Part shown: piece by piece, positions 39,139-52,200 of the stretch
How the letters are laid out: every line of letters starts with the position of its first letter
Numbering within the stretch: position 1 is the stretch's first letter
Assembly (NCBI GenBank): GCA_028826165.1
Contig: JAPDFW010000064.1
Coordinates: 62,001-126,000 of the forward strand
Length of the DNA: 64,000 bases
Direction: 5' to 3'
Origin: Anaeramoeba ignava BMAN
Lineage: Eukaryota; Protista; Anaeramoebae
Notes under the pieces: generated by a model
Told to the model about the DNA's origin: nothing
Databases searched by the model: none
Seen by the model: only the letters and a program-made list of their open reading frames with translations
Translations under genes and position numbers: made by a program

Positions 39139-42100
39139 ATGGCAGAAGCTACTTTAAAAAAACCAGAATTTTCAACACCACAAAGTTGTTTTACAAAGAC
39201 ATATGTTGATCAAAAGTTTCTAGAAACAAGTATTTTAAGACGATATGATTTATTTCGAGAAGATCCTGAATATTCGGAAAAAATCCGACTAATTCGGGAT
39301 GAACACAAGGAGTATCTTCATAAATCAGCCAGAGGATTAAGCGAGGGATATCAAGAACTAGATGCGAGCCAGCCTTGGTTTTGCTATTGGATACTTAATT
39401 CTTTAGATCTTCTTGGCGTGCTTGATGATACTTCCTCGTTTGTTTATAAAGAAAACTTGTTTGAGAAGACTATTTATACAATCGCTAGGTGTCAAGGTGA
39501 GCTCGGCGGATTCGGTGGTGGTCCGTTGCAAGACTCCCACTTGGCTCCTACTTATGCTGCTGTTAATGCTCTTGCGATCGTTCAAAAATATCATAAAGGT
39601 GCTCTTGATATTATTGATTCAAAAAAAATGTTCTCCTTCTTATTGAGTCTAAAACAACCAGATGGATCTTTTGCTATGCATATCGGTGGCGAACGTGATC
39701 TTAGGTTTGTTTGATTTTTTCTCAAATTTTGAAAAAGGAATTTATAATTATATTTATATTTAAATTTATAATTAAATTCAAAACAAAATTTATAATTAAT
39801 TTTATAATTAAATTTATAATTATATTTATAATTATATTTATATTTATATTTATAATTATATTTATAATTAAATTTGTAATTAAATTTATAATTAAATTTA
39901 TAATTAAATTTATAATTAAATTTATAATTAAATTTATAATTAAATTTATAATAAAATTTATAATTAAATTTATAATAAAATTTATAATTAAATTTATAAT
40001 TAAATTTATAATTAAATTTATAATTATATTTAAAACAAAATTTATAATTAAATTTATTAAATTTTAATTAAATTTATAATTAAATTTTATAATTTTATAA
40101 TTATATTTATAATTAAATTTATAATTAAATTTATAATTAAATTTATAATTAAATTTATAATAAATTTATAATTAAATTTATAATTAAAATTTATAATTAT
40201 ATTTATAATTAAATTTATAATTATATTTATAACAAATTATATTTATATTTATATTTATATTTATAATTAAATTTATAATTAAATTTATAATTGCTATTTA
40301 TAATTAAATTTATTTATAATTAAATTTATAATTAAATTTATAATTATTTTTTTATTTAATTAAATTTATAATTAAATTTATAATTAAATTTATAATTAAA
40401 TTTATAATTATAATTATATTTAAATTTATAATTAAATTTATAATTAAATTTATAATTATATTTATAATTAAATTTATAATTAAATTTATAATTAAATTTT
40501 ATAATTAAATTTATAATTAAAATTTAAATTAAAAATAAAAATTTACTAATTAAATTAAATTTATAATTTATATTAAATTTATAATTAAATTTATAATTAT
40601 ATTTATAATTAAATTTATAATTATATTTATAATTATATTTATAATTAAATTTATAATTATATTTATAATTAAATTTATAATTAAATTTATAATTAAATTT
40701 ATAATTAAATTTATATTTATAGTTATATTTATAGTTATATTTATAATTAAATTTATAATTAAATTTATATTTAAATTTACAGAGGATTATATTGTGCACT
40801 TTCAGTTGCTTATTTATTAAACATTCAAACAGAAGAATTAATCAAAGATTCAGAATTATTTGTAAAATCATGCCAAACATATGAAGGAGGATTAGCATCA
40901 GTTCCATTTGCAGAAGCACATGGAGGATACACATTTTGCGGAGTAGCAGCACTTGGACTTTTAGGGAAAATGGAAGTAATTGATGTTGATTCTCTGTTTC
41001 AATGGCTTGTCAACAGACAAATGAAATTTTCTGGTGGATTTCAAGGAAGAACAAATAAACTTGTTGATGGCTGCTATTCTTGGTGGCAAGGAGGCGCTTT
41101 TCCATTGGTTGTTGATTATATCCAAAAAAGAGATGGTATTTCTTTGCAAAATAATAATAATGGTGATTGGGCTTTTCATCAATTCGCTTTGCAACAGTTT
41201 ATTTTATCTTGTTGTCAACAACCTGATGGTGGACTTCGTGATAAACCAGAGAAGTAGTTTTATTCAAATATTTTAATTTTAATTTAATTCCAATTTAATT
41301 TTATTTAATTTTAATTTGGATTTTAATTTGATTTTAATTTGGATTTTAATTTTAATTTAATTTAATTTTAATTTGGATTTGGATTTTAATTTAATTTTAA
41401 TTTTATTTAATTTTAATTTGGATTTTAATTTATATTGGATTTTGGATTTGAATTTTAATTTCAGTTGCCTTAATTTTAAAATCATTTAACATTTAATTTA
41501 ATTTGGATTTGGATTTGGATTTGACTTTTGAATTTGATTTGGATTCTTTGGATTTTAATTTAGTTTTAACAGACAATTTGGATTTTTTGGATTTGGAACA
41601 AATTTGAATTTATTTTTTGGATTTGGCTTTTGATTGGTTTTGATTATATCCAAAAAATTTGGATTTTTTTATTTAATGGTTTGGCTTTTTATTTCGCTTT
41701 TGCAACACCTGGTTTATTTTATTTGGATTTGGATTTGGTTTTATTCAAATATTTTAATTTTAATATTAATTCAATTCGGTTTTTGGATTTTAATTTAATT
41801 TTAATTTTTTTAATTTTAATTTTATTTGGATTTGGAATTTTAATTTTGGATTTGGATTTGGATTTGGATTTGGATTTTAATTTAATTTAATTTGGATTTG
41901 GATTTGGAATTTAATTTAATTTATTTTAATTTGGATTTGGATTTGGATTTTAATTTATTTTTTATTTTGGATTTGGATTTTAATTTAATTTATTTTTATT
42001 TTTTTGGATTTGGATTTGTACTTTAATTTAATTTAATTTGGATTTTGATTTTATTTTAATTTGGATTTAATTTAATTTAATTTAATTTGGATTTTATTTA

Positions 42101-42475
42101 ATTTTAATTTAATTTTAATTTTAATTTTAATTTTATTTTAATTTAATTTAATCTAATTTTAATTTAATTTAATTTATTAGAAATCGTGACTTATATCATA
42201 CTTCATATTGTTTATCAGGCCTTTCAAGATCTCAATACAATACATTCAGTAAAACAACAACTGTTCTTGGAATAAAAGAAAATCTTCTTGTAAAATCAAA
42301 ATATAAAATTCATTTCCTTTTAAAAAAAAAATATTCATTCTTTATTTTTATTATTATAAAAACAAAAACAAATTTTTAGAAAGAAATTGATCATATTCAT
42401 TGTATTCCTGTTGATAAAGTTGAAGTAGCAAAATTACATTTTCAAAATTCAAAACTTGAAGAAAATAAAAATTAA
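39139..42475 (+). CDS. FNTB: Protein farnesyltransferase beta subunit (exons approx 39139-39704, 40783-41254, 42181-42289, 42380-42475)
   Basis: LDASQPWFCYWILNSLDLL, GGFGGGP..HLAPTYAAVNAL, CQTYEGG, EAHGGYTFC, GFQGRTNKLVDGCYSWW, GGLRDKP and DLYHTSYCLSGLS. Confidence 0.96.
39740..40780. repeat. Intronic 12-bp array (TTTATAATTAAA)n in FNTB intron 1
   Basis: Direct reading. Same unit as the UXT intron. Confidence 0.92.
41270..42178. repeat. FNTB intron 2 array (TTTAA, TTTTAA, TTTGGA) with embedded exon-like fragments
   Basis: Direct reading. See the finding on the ghost copy. Confidence 0.8.
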
Positions 42476-42611
42476 AAAAGTTTTCTTTCTCTTATTAATT
42501 TTTTATTTTGGAAAAAGTAAAAAAAAAGAATTTTTTTAATCAAAACAAAAGTGGAACAAAAGCAAACAAAAGCAAAAAAAAAGCAAAAAAGAAAAGAAAA
42601 AAGAAAAAAGA

Positions 42612-44335
42612 TTATTTGACTGAAATTTTCTCTGAAATTTTATCTGAAATCTTTTGCATTTCTTGAACCATTTGTTGGATATTTTTGCAAACATTTTTAA
42701 TTTCTTGATTTTCAGAAGAAATTTTAATTTTTGCTTCTTGTTCAATTTTCATACCTTCAAGTCTTCTTTGTAAATTTTCTTCCAAATTGGAATATTTCTT
42801 TTTAAATTGCAATCTGTTAAAATTGATAGTTTGTTGAGTTTCATTGATTTCAGAATCCAACCTTGACATGACACTTACGAAAATTTCCTCGATCAAATTC
42901 AACTTTGGAACAACTAAGTGTTCAAGTTCCATATTTTCATTTGATCTAACAAGTGATTTAGTTGAATCAATTTTTTGATTGACTTCTTCATTAATCACAA
43001 AAAGTGGTTCCGTTTTGGATCGAGCAAAACGAGGTTTTGGTGAATGAAGTTCTTTGGGAAGAGATCCAGTGGAAAATGATTGCGGTTGAGAGTCTGAAAA
43101 ATAATGTGAAATTACAACAACATCGCTATCAACGTTTGTTGTCACTTGAGTTGTTTCACTTGTCATATTTTCACTTGAATCATTTGTTTCTGGAATCCAT
43201 TGTTGATTAGATATTTCGTTTATATCCTCTTTTAAAGGTCCTTCAGTTCGTTGAAACATCGTTTGTCCTGCTGGTTTTCCTCCTAGATTTACTAATAATA
43301 ATGATACATGTGCCCAAAATAATTCTCCACTTAAGGTTTTCATTCTGAGATCAAATGATACTCTTCCACTTGAATCACTAATTTTTTTTTAATTTAAATC
43401 AATATCAAAATCAATTTTAAATCAATTTTATATCAATTTTATATCAATTTTATATTAATTTTAAATCAAATTTTATATCAATTTTAAATCAATTTTAAAT
43501 CAATTTTAAATCAATTTTAAATCAATTTTAAATCAATTTTAAATCAATTTTATATCAATTTTAAATCAATTTTATATCAATTTTAAATCAATTTTAAATC
43601 AATTTTAAATCAATTTTATATCAATTTTATATTAATTTTATATCAATATCAAAATCAATTTTATATCAATTTTAAATCAATTTTAAATCAATTTTATATC
43701 AAATTTAAATCAATTTTTTCAATTTTATATCAATTTTATATCAATTTTTAAATCAATTTTAAATAATCTTATATCAATTTTATATCAATTTTTAAATCAA
43801 TTTTATATCAATTTTAAATCAATTTTAAATCAATTTTATATTAATTTTAAATCAAATTTATATCAATTTTAAATCAATTTTATATCAATTTTATATCAAT
43901 TTTAAATCAATTTTAAATCAATTTAAATCAATTTTATATTAATTTTATATCAATTTTATATCAATTTTATATCAATTTTATATCAATTTTAAATCAATTT
44001 TAAATTAATTAAATAAATTTGGAAAAATTTAAAAATTTGTTAATTTTGATTTTTGGAACAATTTTTCAATTTTTTGATCAATTTTAAATAAAAATAAATA
44101 AAAATAAATAAAAATTAAATTTTAAAAATTTTAAAAAATTAAAAATTAAAATTTTAAAATTAAATAATAAATCAATTTTAAATCAATTTTGATCAAAAAT
44201 CAAAGAATGAATCAATTTTATATCAAAAATCAATTTTTAAACTAAATCAAATTATACATTTTTGAAAAATCAAAAACTAATTTTTATATTTTTTTTTTTC
44301 ATAATAAGAATAAATAAAATAAATAAAATAAATAA

Positions 44336-44366
<31 letters not shown>

Positions 44367-44976
44367 AGAATTGTCTTCAAATTGATCAAACTTGAAATAA
44401 ATTTTTGAAAATAAGAATTTAAAAATAAAAAGGATTTTAAAAAGTGGAAAAAGTGGAAAAATTTTCAAATTGATCAAATTAATAATTAAAATTAATTTTA
44501 AAATTAAAAATAAAATTAAAATTAAAATTAAAAATTAAAATTAAAAATTAATATTAAAATTAATATTTAAAATCAAAATCAATATTAAAATTAATAAATG
44601 AAGATCCAAAAGAAAAAAAGAAGAAAGAAAAAAGAAAAAAAAAACACGTCAAAAAGATCAACAAAAGAAAATAATAAATAAAAAAAAAAATAATAAAAAA
44701 TAATTACGCGATTGCTAAAGAAATTTGTTTTTCAACAAAAGCAGCAGAATTATCAACTTCTAAATGAGATTGAGTGCGCGGAATTTGAGACATAATTTTC
44801 ATTTTTTTTGCTTGTCTTTTTGAACCTTTGAATAAAATAAGAAAAGGTTCATTAAAGTGTAAAATGTCTTTAAGTGGTGATAAAACTGCAACTGCTTCTT
44901 TCGTTGTTTTGATTCGTTTTAAATACCCATTTACTTTGTTTTTGGGGATTTGTATTGCATTCGGTGAATTTCCCAT
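42612..44976 (-). CDS. N-myristoylation-motif PAS/PAC-domain protein with a C-terminal coiled coil (exons 44708-44976 and 42612-43377)
   Basis: MGNS N-terminus. EAVAVLSPLKDILHFNEPFLILF is a PAS core. SFDLRMKTLSGELFWAHVSL is a PAC motif. The in-frame splice is GC|T across intron 43378-44707. Confidence 0.75.
43395..44010. repeat. Intronic 12-bp array (TTTTAAATCAAT / TTTTATATCAAT)n
   Basis: Direct reading. Confidence 0.9.
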
Positions 44977-45849
44977 TTTGTGATTATTATTGATTTGAAT
45001 TTAAAATAAAAAAAAAATGTAAAAATAAAAAAAGATAAAAAAAAAGTGAATTAGAAAAATAATTTTTTTTTATCAACTTTTAATTGTTTTTAATTTATAT
45101 TTTTATTTTAATTTTATTTTATTTTTATTTTATTTTTAATTTCTAATTGATTTATTAATTTATTTTTTTAATTTGCTTTTTTTTTTTTGCTTATTTTTGT
45201 GTTGTAATTAATTGATCCATTTAACAAGATCAATTATTCTTCTTTTTTTTTTTTTTTTCCTTTTTTATTTTTTTTTATTTAAATTTTGGCTTATTTGGTT
45301 TTTGTTTTTATTTTTGTTTTTTTTTTTGGAATAATAAAATTTAATTAAAAAAAATAAATAAAATTAAAAATAAAAAAAAGCAAAAATAAAATCACAATTA
45401 CTTTCCTTTTAAAAAAAAAAAATTTTATTTTTAATTAAAAAATTAAAAAATTAGAGAATGATCAATAAAAGAAAAATAAATAAAAATAAATAATAAAAAA
45501 TAAAAAGAATAAATAAACAAATTGGAAAATTTAAAGATTTTTCTATTTACACGTTAATTGTTTTTTAAATTAAATCTTATTCAATTAAAAATTTTTTGAT
45601 TTTTCTTTTTTTTTTTTTGTTTTGAATCATCAATTTTTTCTCATTTTTTTGCTTTAATCCCCTAAATTTTTCAATTAAAATTTATTTTTTTTTCAATTTA
45701 AATTTGATTATTGATTTTTTTTACACTTGGATCTAATTCAATTTCTTATCAATTTCTTATCAATTTCCTATCGATCTTCTTTTATTTTTTAAATAATTAA
45801 AAAAAATTTTTTTTCTTTTCATCAATTATTTTTTTAAAATATTTCTAAG

Positions 45850-48800
45850 TCCAAAATATCCCCTTTTTTAATTTTTATTTTTAAATTTAAATTCTAAATA
45901 AATATTTATTTGCTATTTAATTTAATTTAATTTGATCATTCTGAAAAATTTTTTTATTTTTTTGGATTAATTAAATTTTATTTTATAATTTTATTATTAT
46001 AATAAATCTCCCTTTATTTTTAATTTAAATTTGAATAAATTATAAATTTAAATTTTAAATCAAATTTTAAATAAATATTTATTTGTTATTTAATTTAATC
46101 TAATTTAATCATTCTGAAAAATTTTTTTATTTTTTTGGATTAATTAAATTTTATTTTATAATTTTATTGTTATAATAAATCTCCCTTTATTTTTAATTTA
46201 AATTTGAATTAATTATAAATTTAAATTTTAAATAAAGATTTATTTTAATCTAATTTAATCTAATTTGATCATTCTGAAAAATTTTTTTATTTTTTTGGAT
46301 TATTCAAATATTATTTTATAATTTTATTGTTATAATAAATCTCCCTTTATTTTTAATTTAAATTTGAATTAATTTTAAATTTAAATTCTAAATGAAATTT
46401 TAAATAAAGATTTATTTGCTATCTAATTTAATCATTTGGGAAAATTTTTTTATTTTTTTGGATTATTCAAATATTATTTTATAATTTTATTGTTATAATA
46501 AATCTCCCTTTATTTTTAATTTAAATTTGAATTAATTATAAATTTAAATTTTAAATAAATATTTAATTTTAATCTAATTTAATTTAATTTAATCTTTTTG
46601 AAAAATTTTTTTATTTTTTGGATTATTTAAATATTATTTTATAATTTTATTGTTATAATAAATCTCCCTTTATTTTTAATTTAAATTTGAATTAATTATA
46701 AATTTAAATTTTAAATAAATATTTATTTGTTATTTAATTTAATCTAATTTAATCATTCTGAAAAATTTTTTTATTTTTTTGGATTAATTAAATTTTATTT
46801 TATAATTTTATTGTTATAATAAATCTCCCTTTATTTTTAATTTAAATTTGAATTAATTATAAATTTAAATTTTAAATAAAGATTTATTTTTAATCTAATT
46901 TAATCTAATTTAATCATTCTGAAAAATTTTTTTATTTTTTTGGATTATTCAAATATTATTTTATAATTTTATTGTTATAATAAATCTCCCTTTATTTTTA
47001 ATTTAAATTTGAATTAATTATAAATTTAAATTCTAAATGAAATTTTAAATAAAGATTTATTTGCTATCTAATTTAATCTAATTTAATCATTTGGGAAAAT
47101 TTTTTTATTTTTTTGGATTATTTAAATATTATTTTATAATTTTATTGTTATAATAAATCTCCCTTTATTTTTAATCTAAATTTGAATTAATTATAAATTT
47201 AAATTATAAATTTAAATTTTAAATAAAGATTTAATTTTAATCTAATTTAATTTAATTTAATCTTTTTGAAAAATTTTTTTATTTTTTGGATTATTTAAAT
47301 ATTATTTTATAATTTTATTGTTATAATAAATCTCCCTTTATTTTTAATTTAAATTTGAATTAATTATAAATTTAAATTTTAAATAAATATTTATTTGCTA
47401 TTTAATTTAATCTAATTTAATCATTCTGAAAAAATTTTTTATTTTTTGGATTAATTAAATTTTATTTTATAATTTTATTATTATAATAAATCTCCCCTTA
47501 ATTTTTAATCTAAATTTGAATAAATTATAAATTTAAATTTTAAATCAAATTTTAAATAAATATTTATTTGTTATTTAATTTAATCTAATTTAATCATTCT
47601 GAAAAAATTTTTTATTTTTTGGATTAATTAAATTTTATTTTATAATTTTATTATTATAATAAATCTCCCTTTATTTTTAATCTAAATTTGAATAAATTAT
47701 AAATTTAAATTTTAAATCAAATTTTAAATAAATATTTATTTGTTATCTAATTTAATCTAATTTAATCATTTGGAAAAATTTTTATTTTTGGATTAATTAA
47801 ATTTTATTTTATATTTTATTATTATAATAAATCTCCCTTTATTTTTAATCTAAATTTGAATTAATTATAAATTTAAATTTTAAATCAAATTCTAAATAAA
47901 TATTTATTTGCTATTTAATTTAATCTAATTTAATCTTTTTGAAAAATTTTTTTATTTTTTTGGATTATTCAAATTTTATTTTATAATTTTATTATTATAA
48001 TAAATCTCCCTTTAATTTTAATTTAAATTTGAATTAATTATAAATTTAAATTTTAAATCAAATTTTAAATAAATATTTAATTTTTATCTAATTTAATCTA
48101 ATTTAATCATTTGGAAAAATTTTTTTATTTTTTTGGATTAATTAAATTTTATTTTATAATTTTATTATTATAATAAATCTCCCTTTATTTTTAATCTAAA
48201 TTTGAATTAATTATAAATTTAAATTTTAAATCAAATTTTAAATAAATATTTATTTGTTATTTAATTTAATCTAATTTAATCATTCTGAAAAATTTTTTAT
48301 TTTTTTGGATTAATTAAATTTTATTTTATAATTTTATTATTATAATAAATCTCCCTTTATTTTTTAATCTAAATTTGAATTAATTATAAATTTAAATTTT
48401 AAATCAAATTTTAAATAAATATTTATTTGCTATTTAATTTAATCTAATTTAATCATTCTGAAAAATTTTTTTATTTTTTGGATTAATTAAATATTATTTT
48501 ATAATTTTATTATTATAATAAATCTCCCTTTAATTTTAATCTAAATTTGAATTAATTTTAAATTTAAATTTTAAATCAAATTTTAAATAAATATTTATTT
48601 GCTATTTAATTTAATCTAATTTAATCATTCGGAAAATTTTTTTATTTTTTGGATAAATCAAATTTTATTTTATAATTTTATTATTATAATAAATCTCCCT
48701 TTATTTTTAATTTAAATTTGAATTAATTTTAAATTTAAATTTTAAATCAAATTTTAAATAAATATTTATTTGCTATCTAATTTAATCTAATTTAATCTTT

Positions 48801-49130
48801 TTGGAAAATTTTTTTATTTTTTTGGATTAATTAAATTTTATTTTATAATTTTATTATTATAATAAATCTCCCTTTATTTTTAATTTAAATTTGAATTAAT
48901 TATAAATTTAAATTTTAAATAAATATTTAATTTTAATCTAATTTAATCTAATTTAATCATTCTGAAAAATTTTTTTATTTTTTGGATTAATCAAATTTTA
49001 TTTTATAATTTTATTATTATAATAAATCTCCCTTAATTTTTAATCTAAATTTGAATTAATTATAAATTTAAATTTTAAATAAATATTTAAATTTAATCTA
49101 ATTTGATTATTTGGGAAAAATTTTTTTATT
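45850..49130. repeat. Intergenic satellite: about 19-20 tandem copies of a 160-174-bp AT-rich unit
   Basis: Landmark AATAAATCTCCCTT at about 46001, 46175, 46335, 46498, 46658, 46818, 46979, 47152, 47325, 47485, 47658, 47826, 47999, 48172, 48344, 48517, 48688, 48861 and 49021. Confidence 0.95.
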
Positions 49131-49224
49131 TTTAATTTTAGTTTGAATTGAATTTCGTTTAATTTGGAAAATTTCAAAAAAAGAAAAGAAAAAAAAAAGA
49201 AAAGAAAAAAATATCTTATTGAAA

Positions 49225-52200
49225 TCAATTCAAAAACTTTTGAAGTAATTGTTGTATAGATTTGAAAGTAGATTGAACAGAATCAACGGGTTTAAAACAT
49301 TTGGACAAAATTTCTTGAAGTTGTAAATCATTAGCAAACAAAGAAGAATTCTCATAAAGAGAAGCAGTAAATTTTTCTAAAGAAAAACCATTTTTGAGGT
49401 TTGAAAATAAAGTATTTATCAAAAAATTATCAAAAGAAGAATCTCCGTTATTCATAACAAAATAAAAAAGCAATCCAAATTGAAATAAATCAACAAGAGA
49501 AGAATCCAATTGCTGTCCGAATTTGTAACTTTGATATTCTTGAGGAGAAAAAGAAAAAGAAAAAGAAAAAGGAAGAGATTTTTGACTGTATTTTTTTTCC
49601 AAAAATCTAAGTTTGAATTTGGGTGAATAAATATGTCCATATCCATGCATTTTAACTTCTTCTTGATAGTAAAAAATGCTATCAGGATGCAAATTTCCAT
49701 GATAAATTTTCTCCTCATTCAAATAAAACAAACAATCCAAAATATTCATTAATATTTGAACTCGCAAATTCTTTTGTCCAAAATTTTTGCGATTTGTTAA
49801 TTGCAAAATTGTTTGGTTTTCCAAAAAATCAACCTCGATTGGGTTTTCATAAACAGCCAAATATTCGTTATCAACATAACAAACTCCAAACATTTTCATT
49901 AAGCTTGAGTTACCTTCGCTTTTGCGGATTAGTTCTGTCATTAACTCCCTAAAATTTGGAGCTTTTTCCATTTGATTCCAAAAAAAACGTTCGTGAACCT
50001 TCAAAACAAAAGCGTTTGCTCCTCGATATTTGGCCTCAAATTTTTGCAATTGGGCCTCAATATTTAAGAAGGTCAAATTTTCAGGCTTAAGTTCCCAAGA
50101 GTAGTTCTCCATTTCTGCATAGATCATTTTGTTATTACACATTTGTGTGATTCTGAATGGAGAATAAGATGCAGGATTTGGGAACTTGGAATAATAATGA
50201 CAAAAGGCTCCATATTGTAATAATAACTTGGATATTTCATTGCATTCATCATAACATGAATGCTGCAATGCTGTGATTTTCTGCTCGTCTATTGACATAG
50301 GATCTGCGCCTTGCTCGAGCAAAAACTTCACAATATATGCATGCTTTAATATTGTTGCTTGCATTAATGGGTTTTGTTTTTCTATTCCTTCTTTTTCAAG
50401 GAAATTTCGAAATCTTTCCTTTTTTCTTCTTTTGATTTCATCAATCAAAATAACAAGTGATTCGATATCGTTATTTTGTATTGCTAATCCTATAGGTGTC
50501 ACTTTGCTTTCATCGCTTAAGTTGTATTCTGCTCCTTTAGAAAGCAGAAATTTCAATATTTGATGTCTTTTGTTCGAAATTGAATATAAAATTGGTTTTC
50601 CATTTGAATAGTTGATATCTGCTCCTTTTTCTAGTAATGCTTCGACTATTTCGAAATTTCCAAGCATTGTTGCAAGTGTTAATGGATTAAAAGAGATGGA
50701 CATATTTTCATTAACTAATTTGACTGGAGCTGATTTAAATTAAAATTAAAATTAAATATAAAATTAATATTAAATATAAAATTAAAATTAATATTAAATA
50801 TAAAATTAAAATTAAAATTAAAATTAAAATTAAAATTAAAATTAAAATTAAAATTAAAATTAAAATTAAAATTAAAATTAAAATTAAAATTAAAATCAAA
50901 ATTAAAATTAAAATCAAAATTAAATATAAAATTCGAAATTAAAATTAAAATTTAATATAAAATTAAAATTAAAATTAAAATTAAAATTAAAATTAAATAT
51001 AAAATTAAAATTAAAATTGAATATAAAATTAAAATTAAAATTAAAATTATAAATTAAAATTAAAATTAAAATTAAAATTAAAATTAAAATTGAAATTAAA
51101 ATTAAAATTAAAATTAAAATTAAAATTAAAATTAAAATTAAAATTAAAATTAAAATTAAAATTGAATATAAAATTAAAATTAAAATTAAAATTAAAATTA
51201 TAATTATTTACAATCCATCTCTGAAACTAATATATCAAAACTTCGATTAATAAACTTTGCAATCGAATCATATTCAAGAAGTGTACAAAGAATCTGAACT
51301 TGATTTTCAAATATGGCTAAACATATTGCTTTTGGATCTTCATCTCCTGATTCAACAAGTAATTTGCATAAATCAAGATTTCCATTTTTAATTGCAAATA
51401 AAAGACAGGATTCTTTATCACCTGTCAATTTGGGATTCATTCCTGTAGAAACAAGATATTTTGATAGATTATAATTTGAACATCTACAGGCAAGATTTAA
51501 AAGAGATGGATTTCCTTTTGGAGTTTTAAGTGGAAGTTTAAGTTCTTCATGAAGATATTGAATACCATCAATCCATCCTTCAACACTAAAAAGTTCCATT
51601 AAATTAAGTTGCTTATCAAAAAGGGAATTATGATAAAATTTAATAAAAGAAGAATATAAATTTGGATCATCAACAGAAACTATAATTATATCATTATTAT
51701 TTTCGTTATTGTTTTCGTTATTATTTTCATTGTTTTCATTATTATTTTCGTTATTATTTTCATTATTATTTTCATTATTATTTTCATTATTATTTTCATT
51801 ATTGTTATTATTTTCATTATTATTGCTTTCATTGTTTTCATTGTTTTCATTGTTGTTTTCTTTGTTTTCTTTGTTTTCTTTGTTTTCATATGAATTTCCT
51901 GAAATATTATCAAACTGAAAATTATCTAATTTTAAATTTGCAAAAATTTTCAAAATTGCCATATTCTTAATAAACGGCAACTGGAAAAGAACATTTCGGG
52001 AAACTTTTGCTGATTTAGATATCAAATACTCAACAACATCATCTCTTCCTTTCTGAACAGCAAGAGATAAAGGGCAATAGCCTTCAAAATTTTGGTGTTT
52101 AATATCAATCTTGCCGAAATCAATGATGGACTGAATAAGCTTCAAACTTTTTCCTGATTCAATTGAGAAATGAATAGAATTATCCCCTGTTTTTTCGTTA

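Noticed and set aside
41800-42100. TTTGGA / GGAATT runs as interstitial telomere repeats (also 38600-39000)
   Set aside because: They are short, mixed with other hexamers, and not a consistent G-rich telomeric unit.
44010-44700. Possible hidden exon or small gene (66-aa ORF at 44277-44477) in the PAS intron
   Set aside because: The flanking exons splice in frame to a continuous PAS domain. The segment is low-complexity with no recognisable coding signal.
45850-49130. Possible CRISPR array or tandem ncRNA (5S/snRNA/tRNA) cluster
   Set aside because: The whole unit is repeated with no unique spacers. No cas genes, Pol III A/B boxes or recognisable RNA sequence are present, and the context is eukaryotic.
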